Shown here: in pieces, positions 1-10,560 of the stretch
Layout of the letters: every line of letters starts with the position of its first letter
How positions within the stretch are numbered: position 1 is the stretch's first letter
Assembly: GCA_038230955.1 (NCBI GenBank)
Contig: JBBRMG010000002.1
Location: 1,199-65,198 of the forward strand
Source of the DNA: Candidatus Doudnabacteria bacterium
Lineage (GTDB): Bacteria; Patescibacteriota; Doudnabacteria; UBA920
DNA length: 64,000 nt
Direction of reading: 5' to 3'
Notes under the pieces: generated by a model
Seen by the model: only the letters and a program-made list of their open reading frames with translations
Databases searched by the model: none
Told to the model about the DNA's origin: nothing
Position numbers and translations under genes: made by a program

Positions 1-2432
1 CCGGACCGACATGGCAACTCAATAACATCACCAGCTGGGTTAACTACTAACCCTTTCATGCCCGACATCTGAGTTAACTGAGAAGCGGAGCCACGAGCGC
101 CAGAAGTTACAATATAGTGTACCGATGTATGATCAACCACTGTTTGAACGACAGCTTTAGAAATCTTTTCAGAAGCTTCAGCCCATATTTCAATTACACG
201 ACCATAGCGTTCATCTTCTGTCAGCAAACCTTCCCGATGCTGTTCATACACAGTTTGAACTTCAGTGTCAGCTTTTTCTAACAGCTCATACTTAATTTGA
301 GGAATTGTCAGATCATCCATACCCCAAGAGATACCGGATTGTTTCATATAAGTGAAGCCGGTGCGCTTAATTTCATCAATCAGCTCGGCCGTTTTTTCAT
401 TACCAAACATACGATAAGCTTCACGAACCAAAGATTGCAATTTCTTCTTGTCGAACGCTTCGTTCCGATAACCTAGCTCTGGTGGGACAACCTTATTGAA
501 GATAACCCGACCAACTGACGTTTCTATTATTTCAGCGCTATCAAGTCTTACCTTGATGATTGCTTGAATGTCTACATACCCATTTTTGTAAGCCATAATA
601 GCTTCATCAGCATCAGTGAAAATTTTCCCTTCCCCTTTAGCTCCTTCTTTAGTCTTAGTAATATAGTAACACCCTACAACAACGTCTTTGTCAGGGGTCA
701 TAACCGGATCACCGGATGCAGGCTTGAGCAAATTATGAGCGGACACCATAATTTCGCGAGCTTCTTTCTGGGCGGCTTCGGTCAACGGAACGTGGACGGC
801 CATTTGGTCACCATCAAAGTCAGCATTGAATGCAGCACATACCATAGGGTGAAGCTGAATCGCTTTGCCTTCAATTAGTACCGGTTGGAAAGCTTGGAAT
901 CCCAAACGATGCAAAGTTGGCGCACGGTTTAATAGAACGTAATGGTCTTTGGTTACTTCTTCCAGAATATCGTAAACCTCAGTGCGACCTTGCTCAATTA
1001 ACCGGTTGGCGGAACGAACATTATGGGCGTACTCGCGCAAAATCAATTTAGAAATAACAAATGGTTTGAACAACTCCAAGGCCATCGCTTTAGGCAACCC
1101 ACACTGGTGTAGTTTCAAATGAGGACCCACAACAATAACGGAACGACCAGAGTAGTCGACGCGCTTACCGAGCAAGTTTTGGCGGAACCGACCCTGTTTG
1201 CCTTTCAGCATATCAGCTAGGGAACGTAGTTTGCGTTTCTGACCAGTAGAAGCAGTAACCTCTTTGCCATGACGAACCGAGTTATCGATTAACGCATCAA
1301 CTGCTTCCTGTAACATACGCTTTTCGTTGCGAGTAATAACTTCAGGAGCTTTAATCTCCAAAAGTTTCTTTAACCGATTATTACGATTAATAACACGGCG
1401 ATACAAATCATTTAAATCGGATGCAGCAAAACGACCACCATCCAATTGAACCATTGGTCGCAGGTCTGGTGGAATAACTGGCAGATATGAAATGAGCATC
1501 CATTCTGGACGTAATCCAGTTTTAACGAAAGCTTTCACTAACTTCACGCGGCGCAGTAATTTCTTGGCATTCATCCCTTCAGCAGTTTTCAGCTGACTTT
1601 CCAAATCTTGAGCTAACTCTTCCATGTTGATTTGTTCAAGTAAAGTTTTCAAAGCTTCAGCACCAATACCGGCAGTGAATACTGGACCGTACTTCAATGA
1701 CAAGTCACGGTAAGCCAACTCAGAAATAATAGTCATCTTTTTTATGCTCTTCAGTTCAGAGCGAGCTTGATCACGGATATCTTCCAGACTAGCCACTTCC
1801 TTAGCCCACAAATCTTTCATTGTGGTAATTTCAGCATCAATCCGAGCAGCAGCTACATCTGGGTCAACAGCTTTGCCTTTGCCAGTTGAAGCATGACCAG
1901 CAGAGGATCGAGTTTTCCCAATAAGTAATTCATAACGGGTTTCAATCTCTTTTTTCTTGGTCTTGAATTCGCCTTCAATCTGCTCTAAAGTAGCGACGCG
2001 GGCATCTTCGTCGACGCTCATAATAATGTATGATGCAAAATAAACGAGACGTTCTAATTCTTGAACACCGAGATCTAAGATTAAGCCTAAGCGGGAGGGC
2101 ACACTGCGCAGGAACCAAATATGCGCTACTGGAACGGCCAAAGTAATATGGCCCATGCGTTCGCGACGAACACTGGATTTAGTGACTTCAACGCCACACT
2201 TATCACAGACGATATTTTTGTAACGAATGCGCTTGTACTTGCCACAGTAACATTCCCAGTCCTTAATAGGACCAAAAATCTTTTCGTCGAACAAGCCATC
2301 CTTTTCCGGACGCTGAGTCCGATAGTTAATAGTTTCAGGTTTGGTCACTTCCCCATGAGACCATTCCAAAATGGTATCGGGAGAAGCTAGTTTAATTTTT
2401 ACGCCTTTAAATTCTTCGGTTTGTGTAAACAT
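1..2432 (-). CDS. rpoC: DNA-directed RNA polymerase beta' subunit (5' part; runs off window start)
   Basis: Manual translation from ATG at 2432: [48 protein letters not shown]...ECYCGKYK...CDKCGVEV; the [12 protein letters not shown] motif is encoded near 790-830. Absent from the ORF track because it lacks a stop in the window. Confidence 0.98.
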   Translation of the reverse strand, partial: MFTQTEEFKGVKIKLASPDTILEWSHGEVTKPETINYRTQRPEKDGLFDEKIFGPIKDWECYCGKYKRIRYKNIVCDKCGVEVTKSSVRRERMGHITLAVPVAHIWFLRSVPSRLGLILDLGVQELERLVYFASYIIMSVDEDARVATLEQIEGEFKTKKKEIETRYELLIGKTRSSAGHASTGKGKAVDPDVAAARIDAEITTMKDLWAKEVASLEDIRDQARSELKSIKKMTIISELAYRDLSLKYGPVFTAGIGAEALKTLLEQINMEELAQDLESQLKTAEGMNAKKLLRRVKLVKAFVKTGLRPEWMLISYLPVIPPDLRPMVQLDGGRFAASDLNDLYRRVINRNNRLKKLLEIKAPEVITRNEKRMLQEAVDALIDNSVRHGKEVTASTGQKRKLRSLADMLKGKQGRFRQNLLGKRVDYSGRSVIVVGPHLKLHQCGLPKAMALELFKPFVISKLILREYAHNVRSANRLIEQGRTEVYDILEEVTKDHYVLLNRAPTLHRLGFQAFQPVLIEGKAIQLHPMVCAAFNADFDGDQMAVHVPLTEAAQKEAREIMVSAHNLLKPASGDPVMTPDKDVVVGCYYITKTKEGAKGEGKIFTDADEAIMAYKNGYVDIQAIIKVRLDSAEIIETSVGRVIFNKVVPPELGYRNEAFDKKKLQSLVREAYRMFGNEKTAELIDEIKRTGFTYMKQSGISWGMDDLTIPQIKYELLEKADTEVQTVYEQHREGLLTEDERYGRVIEIWAEASEKISKAVVQTVVDHTSVHYIVTSGARGSASQLTQMSGMKGLVVNPAGDVIELPCRS

Positions 2433-2469
2433 AGAGTTATATAGTGTGAATGAAAGAAAATTGGTTTAG

Positions 2470-5400
2470 CTATTTCGCCTTTTCTTTCTTTTTCTTCTTG
2501 TCCAATGCCTTGCGATCTTCTTCATCGAACAAGGTCATTGGGTTAACTTCTGCCACTACTGGGAGGGGTTCGTCGACCACGGTCGCCCCTGCGGCTTCAC
2601 CGGAAATAATTTGTCCGGCTCCACCAATCAGTTCTACATCTAGACCTAAGCTTTGTAATTCTTTAACTAATACACGGAACGATTCAGGGATGTTCGGTTT
2701 CTTAATCATTTCGCCTTTCACGATCGCTTCGTATGTTTTACTCCGTCCGACAACGTCATCAGACTTAATCGTTAACATTTCTTGTAGCGTATGAGCGGCA
2801 CCGTAACCTTCCAAAGCCCATACTTCCATTTCACCGAAACGCTGGCCACCAAATTGAGCTTTACCACCCAGCGGTTGCTGAGTAATAAGAGAGTACGGTC
2901 CAGTAGAACGAGCGTGCATCTTGTCGTCTACTAAGTGATGCAGTTTCAACATGTAAGCCACACCAACAGTAACCGGCTTGTCGAACGCTTCACCGGTCTT
3001 ACCGTCATGCAATACAACTTTACCGTTTGTCGGAATTCCGGCCTTTTCTAATTCCGCTTTAATCTGAGTTTCCGTGATACCATCAAGAACCGGTGTAGCA
3101 ACTTTATAACCAAGCTTGTGAGCAGCAAAGCCCATATGGGTTTCTAGCACCTGACCCAAGTTCATACGAGACACAATACCAAGTGGGTTCAAAACAATAT
3201 CTACTGGGGTACCGTCAGCCATAAATGGCATGTCTTCTACTGGGATAATACGGGAGATAACCCCTTTGTTACCGTGACGGCCAGCCATTTTATCACCAAC
3301 CTGAATTTTACGAAGCACGGCAATGGAAACTTGAATAGAACGGATAACACCGGACTGCAACTTGTCGCCTTGGTCACGATTGAATTCGCGGATCTGAACA
3401 ACTTTCCCGTATTCACCATGAGGCAAGTTCAAAGAAGTGTCTTTTACATCTCGAGACTTTTCACCGAAAATAACACGCAACAGTTTTTCTTCAGCAGTCA
3501 AATCGGTTTCACCCTTAGGAGTAATTTTACCTACCAAAATGTCACCGGCTTTGACCTGAGCACCAATGCGAACGACACCGGTTTCATCAAGGTTCTTCAA
3601 TTTTTCTTCACCAATGTTTGGGATGTCGCGAGTGACAACTTCCGGACCCAACTTGGTGTCGCGAATATCAATTTTAAAATCTTCAATATGGACAGAACTA
3701 TACATGTCATCTTGTACTAAGCGAGAAGACAACAAAATAGCGTCTTCATAGTTACCGCCTTCCCAAGACAGGAAAGCAATTAATACGTTTTGGCCTAGAG
3801 CCAGTTCGCCATTTTCTGTTGATGTTCCATCAGCCAACACATCGCCGGCTTTTACTTTTTGGCCGCGGTCAACTCGAGCCAGCTGATTGATAGCTGTTCC
3901 GCTGTTGGTACGAATGAATTTGAGTAACGGATAGTCTTTCTTTTTGCCGGAATCGAATTGCACGGAAATCTTATCACCGGCGACAGCTGTGACTTCACCA
4001 TCTTCGTCAGACACAATCACCTGACCGGAATCACGAGCGGCTTTAGCTTCCATACCGGTGCCAATAATCGGAGCTCTGGGAACAATGCAAGAAACGGCTT
4101 GGCGTTGCATGTTCGATCCCATCAAAGCACGGTTAGCATCATCGTGCTCCAAGAACGGAATTAACGAAGTGGTAACGGAAATGATTTGCTTTGGTGAAAT
4201 GTCGACACAGTCGATGCCTTCAGTTTCAGCAATAGTCGGCACACCGTGGACCCGAATGGATTCACGTTCTCTCAGGAAGTAGCCTTTTTCATCCAACTCA
4301 ATGTTCGCCTGACCAATAGTCAGTCTTTCTTCTTCGTAGGCATCGAGGTATTCAATCTTTTTTGTCAGATGAGTCTTAATGCGAATTTCTGCCAAATCCT
4401 GTATGCTGTGAAGTTTCTTGGCATCAACTTCGGTCATGTGAGAGCCAGCTGTAACCACAACATTGCCCTTATCATCTTTTACATCATAGAGGGCAATTTC
4501 ACCGACTGCATCTTTGCCGTCGTTCTTGGCATTCTTCTTGGCCATGCGGTATGGAGTTTCGATAAAACCGAAGTCATTCAAGCGGGCATAAGTAGCTAAG
4601 TGGGCAACCAAACCAATGTTTGGTCCTTCAGGTGTTGTAATTGGGCAAAGACGACCGTAGTGAGACCGATGTACGTCACGCACTTCGAATCCGGCACGCT
4701 CACGAGACAAACCACCAGGACCCATGGCAGACAAACGGCGCTTGTGCTCTAGTTCAGCCAACGGATTGGTCTGATCCATAAACTGAGACAACTGAGATGA
4801 AGAGAAAAATTCCTGCATGGCTGCAACAATCGGGCGGATGTGAATTAACTGAGCCGGAGTAACTGTATCGAGGTCAGCTAAGGACATGCGGTCTTTGGCG
4901 ATGCGGGACATACGAGCTAAACCAACACGGTAGCGAGTCTGAATAAGTTCACCGACAGCACGAACGCGACGGTTAGCTAAATGGTCAATGTCATCAGCAG
5001 GAGCTTGCTCGTTGTTTAGTCGGATAATTTCTTTGACCACAGCGGTCATATCTTCTAGGGTCAAAATGCGAGAGTCAGTGTCGTGGTCGTAATTAGAGCG
5101 CTGGTTGAATTTGTAACGGCCAACTTCAGAAAGATCGTACCGTTCAAAGTTGAAGAACATAGCGCTAATTAACGAACGAGCGTTATCAACAGTTGCCAAA
5201 TCACCCGGACGAATTCTTTTATATACTTCTTTAAATCCTTCATCAGCATTTGTACTCGGATCTTTTTCTAGAGTGGCGGCAATGTAACGCACATCAGGGT
5301 TGGTGTCGAACTCTTTGAAAGCGGCCATGATCTCATCATTAGTAGACAAACCGAACACACGCAGTAAGGCAGTAATAGGGATACGGCGTTTGCGGTCAAT

Positions 5401-5973
5401 TTTTACACCAATGACATTGGAATTGTCAGTGTCCAGCTCTAACCAAGCTCCACGGTTTGGGACAATCTTTGCCCCGTAAACATTTTTGCCACGCGAAAAC
5501 TCCGATGTGTAAAACACACCGGGAGATTTGATCAACTGAGATACGACAACGCGCTCCACACCATTGATAACAAATGTGCCGCGGTTAGTCATCAGGGGGA
5601 AATCGCCGAAGTAAACGTCCTGAGTCTTGGTCTTGCCTGTAACTTTGTTAACTAATTTGGCAGATACATACAACGGTGCTTCGTATGTAGTATTGCGCTC
5701 GCGTGACGTATTTTCATCATACTTTGGTTTGTCGAAAAAATAATCGCCAAATGTTAATTCTAAATTCTTGCCCGTAAAATCTTTAATCGGATTAATTTCG
5801 GACAACAGCTCCTTTAAACCCTTTTCAAAAAACCACTTGTACGAATTGAGTTGAATCTCAATAAGATTTGGCAACTGAGCTGTCTCATGCTGCTTGGTAA
5901 AGAATTTGCGCGGGCTAATTGATGTGGCTGGAGACACAACAACACTGGCGTCTGACTTTGCCTTGGATGACAT
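2470..5973 (-). CDS. rpoB: DNA-directed RNA polymerase beta subunit
   Basis: GDKMAGRHGNKG, GGQRFGEME and PEGPNIGL motifs; start placed at MSSKAK (5973), while the ORF extends to 6012. Confidence 0.98.
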   Translation of the reverse strand: MSSKAKSDASVVVSPATSISPRKFFTKQHETAQLPNLIEIQLNSYKWFFEKGLKELLSEINPIKDFTGKNLELTFGDYFFDKPKYDENTSRERNTTYEAPLYVSAKLVNKVTGKTKTQDVYFGDFPLMTNRGTFVINGVERVVVSQLIKSPGVFYTSEFSRGKNVYGAKIVPNRGAWLELDTDNSNVIGVKIDRKRRIPITALLRVFGLSTNDEIMAAFKEFDTNPDVRYIAATLEKDPSTNADEGFKEVYKRIRPGDLATVDNARSLISAMFFNFERYDLSEVGRYKFNQRSNYDHDTDSRILTLEDMTAVVKEIIRLNNEQAPADDIDHLANRRVRAVGELIQTRYRVGLARMSRIAKDRMSLADLDTVTPAQLIHIRPIVAAMQEFFSSSQLSQFMDQTNPLAELEHKRRLSAMGPGGLSRERAGFEVRDVHRSHYGRLCPITTPEGPNIGLVAHLATYARLNDFGFIETPYRMAKKNAKNDGKDAVGEIALYDVKDDKGNVVVTAGSHMTEVDAKKLHSIQDLAEIRIKTHLTKKIEYLDAYEEERLTIGQANIELDEKGYFLRERESIRVHGVPTIAETEGIDCVDISPKQIISVTTSLIPFLEHDDANRALMGSNMQRQAVSCIVPRAPIIGTGMEAKAARDSGQVIVSDEDGEVTAVAGDKISVQFDSGKKKDYPLLKFIRTNSGTAINQLARVDRGQKVKAGDVLADGTSTENGELALGQNVLIAFLSWEGGNYEDAILLSSRLVQDDMYSSVHIEDFKIDIRDTKLGPEVVTRDIPNIGEEKLKNLDETGVVRIGAQVKAGDILVGKITPKGETDLTAEEKLLRVIFGEKSRDVKDTSLNLPHGEYGKVVQIREFNRDQGDKLQSGVIRSIQVSIAVLRKIQVGDKMAGRHGNKGVISRIIPVEDMPFMADGTPVDIVLNPLGIVSRMNLGQVLETHMGFAAHKLGYKVATPVLDGITETQIKAELEKAGIPTNGKVVLHDGKTGEAFDKPVTVGVAYMLKLHHLVDDKMHARSTGPYSLITQQPLGGKAQFGGQRFGEMEVWALEGYGAAHTLQEMLTIKSDDVVGRSKTYEAIVKGEMIKKPNIPESFRVLVKELQSLGLDVELIGGAGQIISGEAAGATVVDEPLPVVAEVNPMTLFDEEDRKALDKKKKKEKAK

Positions 5974-6233
5974 GCGAGTACACTTCCCCTGTGCGCACAC
6001 GGCTGTACGCATTGGCTTAATTATGTAATTTTACTTCAAAAGTACTTTGAAATTTTGATTTTGAAAAAACTCGGAGAACCAAAAACACGATTGTGCGATA
6101 TAAAAAAGGTGTAAATAAGCGGGGTTTTTCCAGCAACGTTCTTGAATACAAAAAAATGCATCCCTCCTTGCATACGCAAAAAAGGGAGGCTTTAGAATTA
6201 GCCTTATTTTCCTATGAGATTGTGCACAAATTC

Positions 6234-6261
6234 ATTCTAGCAGTCAAGAAAAACTTGTCAA
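6234..6261 (-). promoter_or_regulatory. sigma70-type promoter for rpoBC
   Basis: TTGACA (6261-6256), 16 nt, TAGAAT (6239-6234) preceded by TGC. Confidence 0.6.
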
Positions 6262-6307
6262 GTTTATTTCTGCTGAAAACAAGAACAAGTACATTAACCT
6301 CTTAAAC

Positions 6308-6444
6308 AAAGGGGTTTATCGTTATAGCCTATCCCTGTGTGTCCTAGGAAACTAGCGCTCCATTCTCTGCGCCCTACGGGCTAGCTCATGGTCGCTTAAT
6401 AGTTTCTTTCGGACATCACAGGGATAGGCACAGATAGACCCTTT
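6308..6444. repeat. Long imperfect inverted repeat with conserved core (repeat family copy A)
   Basis: Arms GCCTATCCCTGTG..GTCC..GAAACTA / TAGTTTC..GGAC..CACAGGGATAGGC; core 6348-6406 resembles those at 6486-6542 and 42504-42571. Confidence 0.85.
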
Positions 6445-6449
6445 AAACA

Positions 6450-6582
6450 AGGAGGATTTATCCATCTGTACTGTATACCACAAATAAACTATTGAGCGAA
6501 TAAGTTGCTAGCCGAAGGCGCAGCAACTCGAGCGATTAGTTTATGGGGGTATACAGTACAGATGCACACATAAAAAACCCTT
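6450..6582. repeat. Long imperfect inverted repeat with conserved core (copy B, core in opposite orientation)
   Basis: Arms CATCTGTACTGTATACC / GGTATACAGTACAGATG; the core's reverse complement is AAACTAATCGCTCGAGTTGCTGC-GCCTTCGGC-TAGCAACTTATTCGCTCAATAGTTT. Confidence 0.85.
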
Positions 6583-6594
6583 ATTCAAAGACAA

Positions 6595-7074
6595 TTATTC
6601 TATAATATCCCCCATTGGGTAGCCACTGACATCAATACTCCACAGAACCATATTCTTCTTTTTATAGCGCCAGTAAGCAGCGGGGGTGGCTAATCCTCGC
6701 TTTTCTCCCTGTTTTCCTATTAAATACACAGTCCTATGATCCAAAATGTCCAGAACCAAGCTACCAGGTTTAGCCCTCTTAGTGGGTCCTTCTACTAATT
6801 GCTTATCTGCTTCATTTGCGGCCACAATCCGAGAAAGCCTATAGTTATAAGTTAAAAACTCATTCAAACTGGCAAATCCCTGCTTATACCCTTTGCCTAC
6901 CAGAAATATAGTCGGACCACTCCGCACCAAAGTACTCGGTTTATGCGGAAAAGTCGACGTAGTCTGGGCTTGGACTAGTCGCGGCAGATATAAGACTGCG
7001 GTTAGAGCTACAGAGGCGAGCCCAGCTACCAATCCCATAGCCCCAAGCACTAATCTATATCTTAATTTATTCAT
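6595..7074 (-). CDS. Membrane-anchored hypothetical surface protein with two short beta repeats
   Basis: N-terminal hydrophobic helix after MNKLRYRL; repeats STLVR..TIFLV..YKQGF and GSLV..TVYLI..EKRGL. Confidence 0.7.
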   Translation of the reverse strand: MNKLRYRLVLGAMGLVAGLASVALTAVLYLPRLVQAQTTSTFPHKPSTLVRSGPTIFLVGKGYKQGFASLNEFLTYNYRLSRIVAANEADKQLVEGPTKRAKPGSLVLDILDHRTVYLIGKQGEKRGLATPAAYWRYKKKNMVLWSIDVSGYPMGDIIE

Positions 7075-7173
7075 AAGCAAACTTGTTAATGACTTTCTCA
7101 GGATAACAAAGCATGGGTGAATAAACGCTAAAGAAAAGCTCAATTGCAACTAAAAAATGCTATACTACAGCAT

Positions 7174-7731
7174 ATGATTGCTTTTTTACGGGGAATTATC
7201 CTTCAAAAGACTCTGACTTTCCTAATAGTAGAGCGGAATGACATTGGTTATAAAGTATTTGTTACCCCGGAACTATTAGATCACCCAATCGGAGCCGAAG
7301 TTCAGCTCTATACTTACTTGAAAACGTCTGATGACGGGCAGACCCTATTTGGCATGCCTGACTTCCCTACTCTTCAATTCTTTGAACTTCTGATTACGGT
7401 AACTAGCGTTGGTCCCAAAATGGCTATTACAATTGTGTCCGCAGCCAAGCTCGATGTCCTCCAACAAGCAATTGCCAGCGGAGATGCGGGGATCTTTACT
7501 CGTATGTCTGGTGTTGGCAATAAAACAGCGGAACGCATTATCCTTGAACTTAAAAATAAAATGAATGTTGGACTAGGCACAACATCTAGCGGCGGTACTG
7601 ACTTATTCGACGCATTGCTCTCGCTTGGCTACAACCCACGAGAGGCTCGGGAAGTCTTGCCAAAAATAGATACCACTGCTGACACCCAGGAACAATTGAA
7701 GCAAGCTCTAAAACTTATTTCTCATAGCTAA
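7174..7731 (+). CDS. ruvA: Holliday junction branch migration protein RuvA
   Basis: MIAFLRG start, HhH motifs VGPKMA and GVGNKTAERI, C-terminal ALLSLGY. Confidence 0.95.
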   Translation: MIAFLRGIILQKTLTFLIVERNDIGYKVFVTPELLDHPIGAEVQLYTYLKTSDDGQTLFGMPDFPTLQFFELLITVTSVGPKMAITIVSAAKLDVLQQAIASGDAGIFTRMSGVGNKTAERIILELKNKMNVGLGTTSSGGTDLFDALLSLGYNPREAREVLPKIDTTADTQEQLKQALKLISHS

Positions 7732-7737
7732 TATTTT

Positions 7738-8739
7738 ATGCAGTACGAGCAACTGACAGAAACCAATCGAACAGAATACGACACTTTTATAGCCGCCCAT
7801 CCGAGCGGCTCGTTTTTACAATCGTGGCAATGGGGGGAGTGGCAAAAACAATCTGGCCACGAACCGGTTCGAATCATAATTAGGGCTAATGACCAAATAG
7901 TTGCGGCTACTCAAGTACTCAAAACTCGCATTCCTCGGATGAGCAAATATTATTTATACATTCCTTACGGACCACTCTTTACCAATGAGGCTGCTGCGTC
8001 GTTCCTTATTGGCCAATTGAAAACCAATTTTCCCAATGCGTTATTTTTGCGAATTGAGCCTAAGCAAGAATTGCCATTAATCGGCAAGCCCACTGTTCAT
8101 ATTCAGCCAGGCAAAACCGCAGTGTTGAATTTAAATCAAAGTGTTGATGAATTATTGACTAGCATGCATCAAAAAACTCGATACAACATTAAGGTAGCTC
8201 AAAAACACGGCATTGTTGTCCAAGCTGAACCAGTCATCACGCCGCGGCACGGTTTACACTTAACAGAAGCAGTCGATCTTTTGGTCACAACGGCTACAAG
8301 ACAAAATTACAGAAGTCATGGTCGGGCTTATTACGAAAAGTTGATTGATTTTTTTTCAATCACTTTGAACAGTACCAGCAACTGCACCATCTCAGTATAT
8401 AAAGCATTGCTAGGAACGGAACTACTAGCAGTTGCGCTAATGGTCGACTTCGGTACAACACGCACGTATTTATTTGGTGGCAGTGCGGATAGTCATCGCA
8501 ATGCAATGGCTCCTTATGCAATGCACTGGCAAGCCATGCAAGACGCCAAGAGCCAAGGCCAAGCGTACTACGATTTGTGGGGTACGGAAACTGCGTCAGG
8601 ACAAACCGCAGGCTTTGTTAGATTTAAACTGGGTTGGGGCGGTGAAGATATTGCCTACCCTTCTCCCAAAGATATCATCTACAAACCACTGTGGTATAAT
8701 TTGTACGCGATTCTGCGAAAAGTAAATAGAAAACTTTAA
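7738..8739 (+). CDS. FemAB/FemX-family peptidoglycan cross-bridge aminoacyltransferase
   Basis: FLQSWQWG, IPYGPL, KTRYNI, YDLWG and FKLGWGG motifs; operonic with murE. Confidence 0.9.
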   Translation: MQYEQLTETNRTEYDTFIAAHPSGSFLQSWQWGEWQKQSGHEPVRIIIRANDQIVAATQVLKTRIPRMSKYYLYIPYGPLFTNEAAASFLIGQLKTNFPNALFLRIEPKQELPLIGKPTVHIQPGKTAVLNLNQSVDELLTSMHQKTRYNIKVAQKHGIVVQAEPVITPRHGLHLTEAVDLLVTTATRQNYRSHGRAYYEKLIDFFSITLNSTSNCTISVYKALLGTELLAVALMVDFGTTRTYLFGGSADSHRNAMAPYAMHWQAMQDAKSQGQAYYDLWGTETASGQTAGFVRFKLGWGGEDIAYPSPKDIIYKPLWYNLYAILRKVNRKL

Positions 8740-8741
8740 TA

Positions 8742-10088
8742 ATGGGGCTATTTAAAACTATAAAAAATATTGGGCGCGGTGTAATTCCCACATCAATATT
8801 CAAAGCACTACAACCTCTTTACCATGGAATGAATGCCCTCATTGCCACCGTTTATTACGCCCGACCCAGTGAAAAAATGATCATTGTTGGTGTCACCGGT
8901 ACAGCGGGAAAATCCACCACCATTAACGCACTCGCTCACATTCTTAATAGGACTGGTCATAAAACCGGCTTCATTACCACCACTAATTACAATAATGGCC
9001 GCGCAGAGGTACTGAACAAACACGGAGTGAGCATGCCGGGCGGGTGGCTCCTCCAACAACAGTTACGCGAAATCGCCAACAACGGTTGTCGTTATGCCAT
9101 TGTCGAGTGTACTTCAGAAGGGTTAGCCCAAAACCGACATTTGGGTATTAATTTTGACATGGCTCTGCTAACTAACTTAACTCCAGCACATTTAGAAACT
9201 CACGGTGGGTTTGAAAATTATCGCGCTGCTAAAGCTCGCCTATTTATAGCACTCAACGCTAGCAACAAGAAAAAATTATTCGAACAAAAAATAATTGGGG
9301 TTAATTTGGATGATGACAATGCCGATTATTTTTTACAATTCAAAAGTGAAAAAAAATTCGGAATTACTTTTAGTGACCAACAAAGCAATGATTATTCAAC
9401 AGATCAAACCTATTCGGCCACGCTTGTCACTTCTGAGCCCCAAGTTTGTTTTTCCATGGGTGATATCCAATTCAACAATGCTCTCATTGGGAAGTTTAAT
9501 GCGTACAACTTGGCATTGGCTGTCGCTGCTGCCAATGTTTTGGGGACAGGATTGAATCAAAGCGCAGAGGCATTAAAAAGTTTTATTGGGGTACCAGGAC
9601 GCATGGAAAAAATCGCTAATACTCGCGGGATCACAATTATTGTTGACTTTGCTTGTGAACCCCAACCCATGATTAGTTGTTTGGCCTCAGTCAGTAAACT
9701 GCCGCACAACAAATTAATTCACGTATTCGGATCTACAGGCGGCGCCCGTGATATCTCAAAAAGATTTTCATTTGGTCAATCATCAGCCCGCGTTGCTGAC
9801 ACTATGATTATTACTAACGATGATGTATATGAATCCAATCCGACAGAAATTGCTGACCAGATTAAACAAGGTGCCGAGCGATTGCCTGCTGCAGAACATC
9901 ACGTCCAAAAAATAATCACAACTCTCGATCGTCGCCAAGCTATTCGCGAAGCACTGCAATTAGCTCAAGAAGGAGACATTGTCCTCGTTACAGGGAAGGG
10001 CTCAGAACAATTCTTGTCACTACCAGGTAACAAACGGATTGAGTGGGATGACCGGACAGTTGTGCAAGAGGAACTAACCCGATTATGA
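8742..10088 (+). CDS. murE: UDP-N-acetylmuramyl-tripeptide synthetase (MurE-type Mur ligase)
   Basis: GVTGTAGKST P-loop, ECTSEGL, TNLTPAHL, VPGRME, DRRQAI and GKGSE motifs. Confidence 0.88.
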   Translation: MGLFKTIKNIGRGVIPTSIFKALQPLYHGMNALIATVYYARPSEKMIIVGVTGTAGKSTTINALAHILNRTGHKTGFITTTNYNNGRAEVLNKHGVSMPGGWLLQQQLREIANNGCRYAIVECTSEGLAQNRHLGINFDMALLTNLTPAHLETHGGFENYRAAKARLFIALNASNKKKLFEQKIIGVNLDDDNADYFLQFKSEKKFGITFSDQQSNDYSTDQTYSATLVTSEPQVCFSMGDIQFNNALIGKFNAYNLALAVAAANVLGTGLNQSAEALKSFIGVPGRMEKIANTRGITIIVDFACEPQPMISCLASVSKLPHNKLIHVFGSTGGARDISKRFSFGQSSARVADTMIITNDDVYESNPTEIADQIKQGAERLPAAEHHVQKIITTLDRRQAIREALQLAQEGDIVLVTGKGSEQFLSLPGNKRIEWDDRTVVQEELTRL

Positions 10089-10486
10089 TTTTATTTATCA
10101 ACACTAGTGAGTTTAACGGATTGCACTTTGCTTTAATTAGCAATACACCGGTCGGCATTAAAAAAGAGTTAACGAAAACTTTGGCTTACAACGAGAATTA
10201 CAAAACAGCAGCGCTACTAGTTCAATTCATGAAATCCGCTCACGTTAGTCCCAAGAGTTTAACCAAAATTATAGCTTGCTCTGGTCCAGGTTCATTCACC
10301 GGTATTCGAGTAGGAATAGCTCTCACTCAAGCTATGGGCTTTGCCTTAGATATTCCTGTGATTGCCATAAAAAAACTGCAAATCCCAACAGACTTGCGCA
10401 AACTTGTTTCCATGCGGGGAAGCAAGGCCACCACTCTCAATTATGGGATGAAGCCGCGTATTACCAAAGCCAAAAAGAAAGATTGA
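10085..10486 (+). CDS. tsaB: Short tRNA t6A biosynthesis protein TsaB (N-terminal domain only)
   Basis: GPGSFTGIRVG signature; only 133 aa. Confidence 0.85.
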   Translation: MILFINTSEFNGLHFALISNTPVGIKKELTKTLAYNENYKTAALLVQFMKSAHVSPKSLTKIIACSGPGSFTGIRVGIALTQAMGFALDIPVIAIKKLQIPTDLRKLVSMRGSKATTLNYGMKPRITKAKKKD

Positions 10487-10560
10487 CGGCAACGTATATT
10501 TTATCTAAAATAGGGTTTCAGATGAACGACCAAACATAGACAACGGAGGAAATAGCAGCA

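Noticed and set aside
564-4599. Numerous plus-strand ORFs opposite rpoB/rpoC (and similar shadow ORFs opposite uvrB, polA, PBP, yebC, gyrA and rpsA, including the 230-aa ORF 48172-48864)
   Set aside because: They are antisense or alternate-frame shadows of conserved genes, with no recognisable motifs or expression signals.
6302-6582. Tandem ~141-bp units as a possible CRISPR array or integron attC array
   Set aside because: Only two units, no identical direct repeats with spacers, no cas or integrase genes, and no RYYYAAC/GTTRRRY ends flanking gene cassettes.
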